Shown here piece after piece: positions 53,208-63,706 of a DNA stretch of 64,000 bases; positions within the stretch are counted from its first letter, which is position 1; each line of letters starts with the position of its first letter. The stretch comes from Rebecca billardiae RCC1528 (Eukaryota > Protista > Haptophyta). A program made the translations under genes and the position numbers. The DNA lies in assembly GCA_965240325.2 (NCBI GenBank), contig OZ251224.1, positions 310,001-374,000 of the forward strand, in the 5' to 3' direction. Below the pieces are notes generated by a model that was given only the letters and a program-made list of their open reading frames with translations, ran no database searches and was not told where the DNA came from.

Positions 53208-54371
53208 ATGAGTGCCTCGCCCGCGCGCTCGGAGCCGCCGCTCGCACCGGATAGCATCCGCCGCGACCCGAGCGCCCTGCCGCTCGGCCGGCCGCGCGAA
53301 GGGCATCGCCTGGCCCCGCTCGGGCTCGTGAGGCGCGCCGTGTCTCGGCGCAAGCGGCGGTTCGTCGAGGGCGAGTTCGACCTCGACCTCAGCTACATCA
53401 CGCCACGGCTCCTCGCCATGAGCTACCCCAGCCCGACCCCGCCCGAGAGCCTCTACCGCAATCCGATGGGGCCGACGCGCCGCTTCCTGGACGGCCGCCA
53501 CGGCAGCCGCTACCTGGTGCTCAACCTCGCGGCGGAGCGGCGGTATGACGCGTCGGAGTTCTACGGGCGTGTGCACGAGTTCCCGTTCGATGACCACGCC
53601 CCGCCGCCGCTCGACATGATGTGCGCCCTGTGCGCGACGGCCGTGGCGCACCTCGGCTCCGACCCGTCCAACGCGCTCGCCGTACACTGCAAAGCGGGGA
53701 AGGGGCGCACGGGTGTGATGGTCTGCGCCGTGCTGCTGGCGTCGCGCGAGCTCGACTCGGCGCGGGATGCTCTGGCGTGGTTTGGCTACGCGCGTGCGCA
53801 CAATGGCAAGGGCGTGACCATCCCGAGCCAGCGCCGCTACGTGCACTACGCTGAGCGACTGCTCGCCGCGTCGGCGCTCATCGCGCCACGCGCGCCGCCG
53901 CCGCCCCAGCTCGTGCTGCGGCAGGTGTGCCTGAGCTCGGCGCCAGCGGTGATGGTGCCGACGTCTGGGCTGCACCTGCTGATCCGGCCGCTGCGTCGCT
54001 ACGCGCTGCCCGCTGCATGGCCCGCCGCCGACGACAGACCCGTGCATGTGCGCCGCCTTGAAGGAGCGGCATCTGGCCGCGCTGGCGGCGACGGCGACGC
54101 GGAGCAGCAGCTGGGCGCCGAGTGGCAGCTGGCCGCGCGGGTGGACGTCGCGCTGCAGGGGGACGTGCAAGTCGAGCTGTTTGCTGGCCATCCGAGCACG
54201 GGTGGCCATCGCTTGCTGCGATTCTGCGTGCACACGGCATTCGTGCCGACGTCCGAGCCGCTGGTGCTGCCGAAGGCCGAGCTCGATGGCGCTGTGAAGG
54301 ACAAGCAGTGCAAGCACTTCCCTCCCGGATTCCGAGTGCTGGCGCAGTTTGGTGCAGCGTCGCCATCGTAG
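53208..54371 (+). CDS. PTEN: PTEN-family phosphoinositide 3-phosphatase with C2 domain
   Basis: VSRRKRRF...DLDLSYITPRLLAMSYP; FPFDDHAPP; VHCKAGKGRTG; GVTIPSQRRYVHY; FCVHTAF...LPKAELD. Confidence 0.93.
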   Translation: MSASPARSEPPLAPDSIRRDPSALPLGRPREGHRLAPLGLVRRAVSRRKRRFVEGEFDLDLSYITPRLLAMSYPSPTPPESLYRNPMGPTRRFLDGRHGSRYLVLNLAAERRYDASEFYGRVHEFPFDDHAPPPLDMMCALCATAVAHLGSDPSNALAVHCKAGKGRTGVMVCAVLLASRELDSARDALAWFGYARAHNGKGVTIPSQRRYVHYAERLLAASALIAPRAPPPPQLVLRQVCLSSAPAVMVPTSGLHLLIRPLRRYALPAAWPAADDRPVHVRRLEGAASGRAGGDGDAEQQLGAEWQLAARVDVALQGDVQVELFAGHPSTGGHRLLRFCVHTAFVPTSEPLVLPKAELDGAVKDKQCKHFPPGFRVLAQFGAASPS

Positions 54372-54428
54372 CCTGTGATGCCATAATAGTTTATTTAGCT
54401 ACGACTGCTGACATCATTGCATCAGCAG

Positions 54429-54429
<1 letters not shown>

Positions 54430-54489
<60 letters not shown>

Positions 54490-54520
54490 TCGTCGTATAT
54501 ATATATATATATATATTATA
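54430..54520. repeat. (TA)n microsatellite
   Basis: Directly visible. Confidence 0.97.
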
Positions 54521-55774
54521 TTAACGACGTGGTATATGCAACGGGCAGGCGTCAGAGTCAGCAAGCTGTAGCGGCAGATCGAGCTGCAGAGACAAACACC
54601 AGGATCAGCGCTCCTCGCCGTCGTCCCCCCCCCCCTCGTAGTCGCCCATCACTCCATCGCCGAGCGGAAGCTCGACGCACCGTCTGGCGTCGACGCGCGC
54701 GCGCCACCGCGGTGGTCGCGGTGCCACGCGTCGTCAGCCGTCGTCTCGAAGCAGTCGTCGTACGCAGTGCCCCCGCGGGCGCGTGCCCCCGGGCGCACGT
54801 GCGCCATGCGCGCGCGGGCGATGAGCATCTTGGCCTGGCCACGCAGGCAGCGCATGCCCAGCTCGCGCCGCATGGTGCCGAGCAGCGCGCGCTCGGCGGC
54901 GGGGCGCGAGGGCGCGCTGAGGCGCGCGCGCCACGTGTCCCGCCCCATCTTGGCGATCTTCTTGAGGGTGAGGTCCACCTCCGCGCTCCACTCGCCGAAC
55001 GCCCCCACGACAATCGGGACGATCGCGGGGAAGGTGTCGAGCCGCGCCTCGTATGGGCCCACCTGGCCCTCAATCAAGCGTGCCATAGACCTCGCGGTCG
55101 AGGAGCTGCAGCTGCTTGCGCCGCTCGCGCGGGACGAGTTCCGCGCGGTGGCGCACCGCACCGTTGCGGCCGTCGCTCACCCTGTAGCGCGACGGGCTCA
55201 GCGAGATGGTCTTGACCTCGAACAGGGTACAGTTGCCGTGCACCTCGGCACTCAGGTCCACCACCGGCACGCGCTTGCGGTCCGTGCCGAGCACCGCCTG
55301 CGCCTGGGCGGTGGACTGGGCGTGCACCGAGCCGAAGATCCAGGTGTCCTCCGGCACGGCGTACACACCGGCGTACGTGCGGAAGAACCCCGCCAGCACG
55401 CGGATCACCGGGTCGTGCCGGTAGCGTGCGACGTGGTCGCCGGGGAGCGCGTTGCGGCCGGACGCGCTGAGGAGCGCGTCGCCGTACGCGTCCACCCGGA
55501 TGCCGGGACCCGAGCGCGTGGGCACGTACGCCCCGGCCTGGGCCAGCGGCGCGCAGACCGGGCTGGGGATCCCGAGCGCGCGCGCCGCGATCTCAAGCCA
55601 CTCACCCTGGTGGTGGACCGCCGCGCTGCCGATCGGGAGCGCGCCCACGAACGCGAGTGAGGCACGGTCCACGTTCTGGATGAGGTGCACACGGCGGTCG
55701 TCCCGAGAGAGAGAGCTGAGCTGCCGCCGCAGGAGCCAGCCGTGGGTGTTCTCGACGTCCTCCGTGATGTCCTT
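54521..55774 (-). mobile_element. 5'-truncated, frameshifted non-LTR retrotransposon with restriction-like endonuclease (CRE-like clade)
   Basis: VDAYGD...RHDPV...PVVDL...LFEVKT...[frameshift ~55075]...VGP...VVGAFGEWS...RRELG...LRGQA; 3' tail CCACGTCGTTAA; TA on both flanks. Confidence 0.8.
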
Positions 55775-55980
55775 ATATATGATGTTATTATGTACTACCT
55801 CGTCCGACTATCCGATTCCGAGAATCCTGAGATGCGCCGGTCCGATCACTGGCTGACGGTCTCACGCCTCTCACGGTCAGGGTCACGGAGTGCTTATTAC
55901 TGTCTATGGCCCTATGGAGTATGGGGCCCCCGGGCGCCGGGTCCTAGCTAGTATTAGTAATCGGCTAATAATATAGTATT

Positions 55981-58672
55981 ATGGCCCGCGGTGCAGGGCG
56001 GAGCGCGCAGCGTGGAGCCCGCACCAGCGGGCCCGAACCACGTTTCAAAAAGATCTTTGATCAAGAAAAAAGGGACGGGGGGCGATTTTTAGGGCTGGCG
56101 GAGACCGAGTTTCGAGTTTTTGAGATCGCATAGAGAGGTCTATTAGGCCGAAAAAAAGCGCGTCCAGCTGATTCCCTTAAGTAAAGTGCGATATGGACGT
56201 CAGCTGGACGTGACATTAGTGTAACGGTTCGTTACGAGCGCGATTTTAAGTATGAGATTGCCGCCAACCGCCAACCGATAAAAACGGCAAGGCAAGGGAT
56301 CGGCCTCATCGGGAAACTTGATCACATCTAACTGTGAATAGTAAAAAAAAGCAGCGCGACGAACCCGGGCGCGCCGGCCCTTGCGGCAGCCGCGGTCACG
56401 AACTCGCGAAGCTCAAAACAGGGGGCTGCACCCACACGGGCGAGCCCTCCTCCCTCGACCCGGCGACCATCGGTGTGGACGACCGCGCGGAGCGCGCGCC
56501 GCGCGCGCGGAGCGCGCGCGGCCGCGGGCGCCTCCCGCGCGGGCGGCGTACGCACGCCCGCGCGCCCGCCCGCGCGCGCGTCCGCGTTTGCGGGCGCGCG
56601 CGGATCAGCCATCAGGCTTCCGTGTCGGGGCGTTGCGTTCGACATGCGCCATGTCGTGCCATGTCGTCACGGCGTGCGCATGTGCGTACTCTCGGTGGGG
56701 TGGTGCGCGGGCGGCGGCGCTCTCCTGATTTCTACCCCGCGCCCGTGTCGCTGTGCGTGCGCGCTGCGTCGCGCAGGCACGCAAGTGCGCGGGAGCCATC
56801 CGCGTGCTCGCGACCGGACGGCCGGCCGACGGCCGGCATCCGGCCGGATGGAGACAGAGCAGACAATTGACAGGCAGGTACTCGCGTGGAGGCGCTGGGC
56901 GCCGAGCCGGCGAAGCGCGACGCCGAGCTCGACGCGTGCGCGCAGAGGCGCTGGGCGCCGACCTGGCGAAGCGAGACGCCGAGCTCCACGCGCACGCGGA
57001 CGCGCTGGGCGGTCGCGCTGCCCTTGTCGACGCCCTGCAGCAGCTCGAGCAGGTGTGGACGGCCCTCGAAGCGACCGTGGGCGAGCGCGCGCCGCTCAGC
57101 CTGCCGCTGGCCGCCGCCATCCTCGAGGCCGACGCGGCGGAGCAGGCGGCGGGCGAGCACGGCGGCGCGGTGGAGCAGGGCACACGTGCGCCGGGCGGCG
57201 GGCGCGACATGCCACTCGCTTCGTTCCACCCCGAGCTCCGCTCGGTCTGCGCGTGGCTGCGCAGCGTGGGCGGGTGGCAGTGGCGCGCGCTCTCGCCATG
57301 CCGGCCCGAGGCGCGCCGGCTGAGCGACCAGCGGCCCTTCGTCGAGCGCATGGCGCAGCGCGAGCACCTCAAGCTGAAGCAGGTGCGCCCGCACGCGCGC
57401 ACGCGCCGGCCCGGCGCCGCGCGGCGCCTCTCGCCCTCTCGCCCTGCGCGCGCCGCCGCCCCGCTTCCCCGCGCGGCCCGTCCGCGCCTCTCGCCCTGCG
57501 AGCGCGCCGCCCCGCTTCCCCGCGCGGCCCGTCCGCTGGTGTCCCATGCCACCCTTGGCCGTGCGCGCCCGCATACTCGCGCCGAGTCCGAGACTCGGTC
57601 TCGGGTCTGACTCTATGTGCGAATCAAGGCCTATATGGCCGGCCATGACCGATGAGATTGACCGCTAGGCGGCCATGGCCGATGGATAGCGGTCGACAAG
57701 CCATCTCTGGCCGATGGGTATTGGCCGATGGCCGTCCGGCGGCCGGACCGCCGGACTCCGGAGGCCGCGCCGAACGGCACTCGGCCACGGCGCCGCCGCG
57801 TGTCGCCGCGTGCGCACGCCGCGCGGGCTGCAGCACTGTCCGAATCTGCACGGTCGTAGTCCGAGAGGGCAGCCCCTGGGCTTGGCCGACCCAACTGGTG
57901 GACTTGGGGAGCCCCAGAGTGGCGGTCTCGACCGAGCGTGGCAGGTGGGTGTGTTTGTGTTAATATTAATCTATCTGATATTGTCGTATTCATCAGTAGA
58001 GTAATTCAGACGATTAGCAGATATGATGTCTATTGATTCCTATTGTACTACGGCTATCTGCGCGCCGGCCCGGCGAGTGAAGCAGAAGGACGCGAGGTGC
58101 AGGCGGCGGCGAGCCCGGTGAGACTCCGAGGGCAAGTCAGCGGCCGCACCCGCGCCCGCGACCGCGCCCGCACCGGCCCGCGCCCACGACCCCTACTTCT
58201 GCCACGGCACTGCCAGCAGCGCCATTGGTCTGCCGCGACGCGGCGACTGCGGCAGCCTCGCGGCGAGCGGACGAGCGGTGGCTGCCGCAGCACAGTAGTC
58301 GGCTGCAAGCAGCTTCTGCGACGAGATCATGCCCAGACAGAGTCGACGAGCTGACCTGTCCGAATGGGGTTGCCCGAGTGGTGAATAATATTGCGCCAAA
58401 AATATATGTAAGTATGATGACGAATATTATAATAATTTAATAAATTATTCGTCGTAGTCGGCCACTGGCCGATGAACGGGCGAAAGTGGGCATCGTGTGG
58501 CCGACGGATTGGCCGACGCCCGTCGAGGCGTGATTCGCACACAGGATTCAGAGTGGCTGAACTGTCTTTCTGACTCGGACTGACTGACTCGTCAGAGTCT
58601 CATTCTCAACCACTGCGCCGCGGGCCCCCAACTGCGTTGGTTCTACGGAAAAGGACCGCGGAACGCGGTCAT
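55981..58672 (+). mobile_element. Helitron2/Helentron-like element, subfamily 1, copy 3, containing a nested MITE
   Basis: ATGGCCCGCGGTGCA start; TGCGCCGCGGGCC (58614-58626); hairpin GACCGCG-GAA-CGCGGTC (58654-58670) followed by AT. Confidence 0.78.
57613..58544. mobile_element. MITE with 14-bp TIR CT(A/G)TGTGCGAATCA and TGGCCGA subterminal repeats
   Basis: Absent at the equivalent site of copy 2 (~39345-39365); TIRs at 57613-57626 and 58531-58544. Confidence 0.72.
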
Positions 58673-59272
58673 AATATACGCGATGGCCGACCCGTGCCCG
58701 GCGCCGGTCAGCCCGCCCGCGTAAGCGGCTCACTAACTACTAAGCGTAGCTTCATTACAGACACAGCAGACTACACTGTATTATGGCGCACGGCCCCCCC
58801 CGAAAGGTCTGAGCGTGAGCGAAAGCCGGGGGGGGGCGGCGCACGTGCTCCGCAAAATCAAAAAGAGGATGCGCGCAGGATTTTGGGGATTTTTGTAGGT
58901 TGATTCAGATGTGACCGGACCCCTAGTTGACGCATTTCGCTGCCAATGATTGCGTTTGTAGTGGATGCTAATTTTAACGATAGTAACACTTAGGGGAATG
59001 CAGGGTGGAATAGCACATAACACCAGCCGTGTGTTCGAACATTCCGTCATAGTAAGATGCTTGAATTGTAAGAGCCTGAAACAGCTCGCCAACCATAGAA
59101 TTAGAAAAGAGAGGTTCGGTCGGCTTTTTGATGTCGCTTGAAGTAAAGTATTGCCGGCATCTGAAGTCATGAACCGTCGCTTCTCAGTCACGGGCGGATA
59201 TCATCAGGTTGGCGCGATGTTCTAGCTAGGGCACGCGATCCGCATCGTTTCGCACGAACCCTCGCGGGCGAC

Positions 59273-59341
59273 GAGATATATCATTGACGCGGGTAGCCTG
59301 AAGGCGTTCCCTTCGGGCTACCCGCGTCAATGATATATCTC
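59273..59341. other. 32-bp-stem hairpin with 5-nt loop (pre-miRNA-like or micro-MITE)
   Basis: GAGATATATCATTGACGCGGGTAGCCTGAAGG-CGTTC-CCTTCGGGCTACCCGCGTCAATGATATATCTC; one T.G pair. Confidence 0.85.
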
Positions 59342-59750
59342 CCGCGCGCGATTCATAACCGTATCCTTTCTGATTACTATAGTTATCTCCCGTCGATTAA
59401 TACTGCTCATCGTAACACGGCTTCGCGCGATGATACAAAAGCCCTGCCACACGAACGAGCGGGCTCGCGAGCAAAGCCTCTGAGGCGGGCAATGCGTGAC
59501 GCAGGCACGATCTTCAATCCGACAAGACTCAGCGCTGGTGCGCGCAGCTGCGCGGCGGGTCCCAACGGCCGTCGCCATCGCATTCGTGCCTCGCTCACTC
59601 CGCGCGCCCCGCCCTGCCATGCGCGCGCGCCCGCGTGCGCCACGCCGCACGCCCGCGCAGCTGAACTCTCGGCATGTTCGCGGGAAGTCACTCGCCCAAG
59701 CCCTCACGCTCGCGCCGTCCATGACCATGGCCGCGCTGTGATGGCTCCGC

Positions 59751-60506
59751 GTGCGGAGTGCTGACCGTGAGCCTCTCTCTCTCTGGCTGCGCATGACGGC
59801 GCGGCAAGCAGCGCGCGCAGATCTGCGGGCGACGAGGCTGGGCGCCAGTCCTCGCAGCTCGAGGCCGAGCGCGGACATCTGTTTTGCTCGCGACGAGGCT
59901 GGGCTTAGATCTGCGAGCGGCGAGTCCGCGACGATGGCGAGGTGGCATATGCTACGGGCGACGCCGTGCTCCTCTCTCGCCCGTGCTCGCAGTCGCCCTC
60001 GCGCTCCAGGCCGTCGGCCGACAGCACCCGCGGCGGCGCCGACGCGCACAAAGGTCGCAATCCAGGGTGTCACGTGCCGTGGGGAGCTCATTGTGCCCGC
60101 ATTCGAGGGGAAGACGCCGAGGGCGTGCAAGGAGCGGCTGCTGCGGCTGCGGGAGGTCGTAGACAGGCTCGAGCCGCGGCTGCTCGCGACGCTCTTTCCC
60201 GCCGCCGACCGGCCGACGAGCTGCGAGCTCAGAGCTGCGAGCTCATTCATCCGGCGACGCTGCGCCGATCCCGCCGAGCGCGCGAGGCTGTGCGAGGCTG
60301 AGACGGGCGAGCTGCCGAGCGCGATCTCTGCGCTGCGCGCGGCCACAGCAGGGCTGCCCGACGCGCACCGGGCGGAGGCGCTGCGGCTGCTGCGCGTCGA
60401 GTTCGACACGGCGCAGCCCCCCGAGTCCGTCGATCGCGTCGATTACTCGCGCCCGCGCCGGCCGCCCGCCTCCTGCACGGCAACGCGCCGGGCGCGCGCA
60501 TCGTGA
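59751..60506 (+). CDS. Cargo ORF or gene fragment with a Myb/SANT-like segment; 5' structure uncertain
   Basis: IVPAFEGKTPRACKERLLRLR resembles the Myb G[RK]T..[QA]C.ER helix; stop lies 30 nt before the element's subterminal repeat. Confidence 0.4.
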   Translation: MRSADREPLSLWLRMTARQAARADLRATRLGASPRSSRPSADICFARDEAGLRSASGESATMARWHMLRATPCSSLARARSRPRAPGRRPTAPAAAPTRTKVAIQGVTCRGELIVPAFEGKTPRACKERLLRLREVVDRLEPRLLATLFPAADRPTSCELRAASSFIRRRCADPAERARLCEAETGELPSAISALRAATAGLPDAHRAEALRLLRVEFDTAQPPESVDRVDYSRPRRPPASCTATRRARAS

Positions 60507-61528
60507 TTCGGTGAAGAACGCGAGGGAACTACCAGGGCCGTGCGCCCTCAACTTCGTTGTTTACTACCCGAAGATCGGCGTAGCCGATCATATCGGTCGT
60601 ACTCGTTACTCGTACTCACTCACGCAGTCGTAGTCCGAGTCATCGGAGTGGGCGAGTCGCGGCGCCGGCGGGCCGCGTGGCCGCGTGGGTGTGCCATGAT
60701 GCGGCGGCAGGCAGATCGATCTCACTGAGAGTATATATGCGGATATGATATCGACGATCCTGACAGCAGTCACAGTGCTGTCAGTAACTCACGACTGTGT
60801 CATGACACTGTGTCAGTGTGAGTGTCACACTGTGTCACTTCCCCGTTCCCGGGCCGAGCCCCGGCCCCGGGCCCGGGCCCGGCCCTGCGATCGGGCCGCC
60901 ATCGGCCAGCGGACCAGCAGCGGGCAGCGGCCTCCGACCGGTCGGACCGTCACCGTGGGGCCAGCCGGGTCACCCGGCGCTGGTGAGTGGTGGGGGCGGC
61001 ATCATCGTCCCGCGTCCGGTCCGTCCGGCGGGCCCGGAGACCGGTCTGGGCTCTGGCGGCGGCACTGGACCGCGTAGTCCGTAGCCGTACTAGGCTGGCG
61101 GCGGCTCCGCGCCGGCTTGTCCCGGTCCGACTAACTGCTCTCATACTGACGATGTAATATACTCGCATATATACTAGCTCGATCTGCTATAACTCGTCAC
61201 TACTACTATATATAATATAAGCGGGCTAAGCGGCGCGCGCCTGCACTCGGCATGCCTGTGCACACTCGTTATAATCATAATAAATTGTTTAATATTAATA
61301 TGCCGCAGCGCAGTGTCATCTGAGGGCTCAATGACGCGGCAGTAGTGACTGTGAGTGAACACGGACATCGGACGCCCGCTCTGACGAAGCAGAGGGACAG
61401 TCACAGAGCCAGAGGCACGATGCCCGTGCCGTGCGGCCTGGCACCGTCCTGCTGATCGACGCGGACCGACGATCCGAGGGTGAAGCCTGAAGCGACGTCG
61501 TCGGCCACCTCGGGTCTGCGCGGCACCT

Positions 61529-62242
61529 CTACGGTGCCCCTGACAGCGCCTCGGGCGCGTGAGCCGTAGGCGCAGGGCTCGCCGCGGCAGGCAGCGCACC
61601 GTGCAGCTCGCACACGGCGTTGATGGCGAACGACTGCAGCTCGGTGCGGCTCACCCCGCGCCGCGTCATGTGGGGCAGGACGAGCGGAGGCAGGCACGGC
61701 TCCTCGTTGCAGCCGTGCAGCTCGCTCAGCCACTCCGACACGAAGGCCTTGTCGATCGTGAGCCGATTGCACGGCGCGTACTGCAGCAGCGCCTCGCAGA
61801 CGTCGATGCCCCCCGTCTCGTGAGGCTCAAGCAGTGATTTGGCGGCGAGCGCCTCTCGCACGGCGCGCTGCGGCTCGGCGGCCGCAGGCGCGGCGGCATC
61901 GGAGCTCGATCCGTTCTTGACCGTCGCGTCCGCTGCAACCTCGAGCGCGGCCTTTCTGAGCTGCGCCAGCTTGGCCGGCTGCACCCTGTGCACGCGCGTG
62001 AGCTGCTCGCACTCCGCGTCCGTCGGGCTGCCCAGCCGGCCGGCGATCAGCCTGAGCTGCTCCGGACTGCTCGCGCCCGCCATCAGCGGCGTGCGCAGGA
62101 TCATCTCCGCAATGATGCAGCCCACCGACCACAGGTCCACCTCCATGCCGTAGCTGCCGGCGGCCAGCAGCAGCTCGGGCGCGCGGTAGAAGCGCGTGAC
62201 GATATAGTTGGTCATGTGCGGAGGCGCGCGCGAGGCGCCGCT

Positions 62243-62274
<32 letters not shown>

Positions 62275-63328
62275 CGCCGCCGCCGCTGCCCCCGGCGTGG
62301 CCTTCGCCCACCTGCTTCGTGTCGGCGAGGATCCGAGAGATGCCGTAGTCGGCGATGCGCAGCGAGCAGTCGCGGTTGATGAGCAGATTCGACGGCTTGA
62401 GGTCGCGATGCACCACGTTCGCCGCGTGCAGCGCGCGCAGCCCGCGCAGCAGCTGGTACGTGAAGAACTTGCAGTGCTCGTCCGTGATTGGCTGGCTGGA
62501 GCGGATGACTGCATGCAGGTCGCAGTCCATGCGCGGCATCACGAGATAGAGCGAGGTCCAGGCGAGCAGCGGGCCCTCGAGCGGCGGGATGAGGTCGAGG
62601 AGCCCGACGAGGTTCTCGTGCGGGTGCCGGCGGATGTGCAGCAGGATGCCGAGCTCGCGGATCGCCGCCTGCAGCTCGATGGGGTGGCCGACCGCCGCCA
62701 CCTTCTTCAAGATCACGCGATCGCCCGACACGCTGTCCTCGGCCTGCGCGATCACGCCGTACGCGCCGCGGCCGAGCAGCCCCGAGAGCTTGTACCGCTC
62801 GGTCGTGTGGAACTCGACGTCGTCGAGCGTGACCGGGCTGCACGACGTGCGCGGGCAGGCGTCGATCAGCTTCTGGGACAGCTCGGGCACGGCACCCAGC
62901 GAGACATCCGAGTCGAGGTTGAGTGGCGCGCGCAGCGTCAGGCCCTCGCGGTCCCACGCGAGGAGGCGCTTGTAGAAGAGGATGAACTCGTCGAACGATA
63001 TGACCCGGTCTTTGTTCAGGTCGACCGTCTGGATGTAGAGCTCCACGCGCCGCTTGTGCAGCGAGGCGTGAGAGACACCGATGTCGACGAGCATGTCAAA
63101 GAACTCGGAGTAGTCGAGGTGGCCGTTCTTGTCCTTATCGTAGCGCCTGTACATCACGACCGCCGCCGCATGCAGCTCGCTCTCTTTCGGCTCCACCTCA
63201 GGCGGTAGCCGCCTCACATCCACGCGCAGCTTGAGCAACCTGACAGCTGCGCGCGCGAGAGCCCACTTGCTGCTTCGGCCCACGAGCTCGCCCACGCGAG
63301 CGCGCTTGGCCAGGCGCGGGCTTGACAT
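61529..63328 (-). CDS. EF-hand pair fused to a MAP-kinase-like domain (TNY activation motif)
   Basis: DKDKNGHLDYSE and DLNKDRVISFDE; LGRGAYG, HRDLKPSNLLINRDCSLRIADYG, MTNYIVTRFYRAPE, VDLWSVGCI. Confidence 0.9.
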
Positions 63329-63706
63329 CGCGAGAGGCTACGCCTGGGGGTGCCTCCTCCAACCCAGCGCCACGCCTCGAACCGCACGTCTGCCGCCCAG
63401 CGAGCCCGAGCTGCACAGCCGTGCCCGAACGCCACGCAGCAGACGGTGGCCGCGCCGACGCGCGCTCGGCGGTCAAGATCTACCAGTACGGCGACTCAAG
63501 GACGAGAGTACGGCTGAACCGCTGAAAACGCGCGAGGCGTCGTCACTCCGGGTGCAAACCTTCGCCCGGAGCCCTTGGGCCTTGGCCCGGATCTCGATCG
63601 TAGATCCGGCAGAGCTTGGAGCTTGTCGGGCACTCGGGCTGCTCGCTCGCCATCAAGTGCGTCCTTCGCCGTGACGGCCGGGGCGTGGGGACGTGTCCGC
63701 GCCAAT

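Larger units (their letters stand above)
58783..60591 (+). mobile_element. Helitron2/Helentron-like element, subfamily 2
   Basis: ATGGCGCACGGCC start is the inverse of GGCCGTGCGCC (60536-60546); spacer CTCAACTTCGTTGTTTACTAC; hairpin GATCGGC-GTA-GCCGATC (60573-60589) followed by AT. Confidence 0.72.

Noticed and set aside
58792-58838. Hammerhead ribozyme (CTGAG...CGAAA)
   Set aside because: The core is not CUGANGA and stems I/III cannot be formed; better explained as the structured end of the subfamily-2 element
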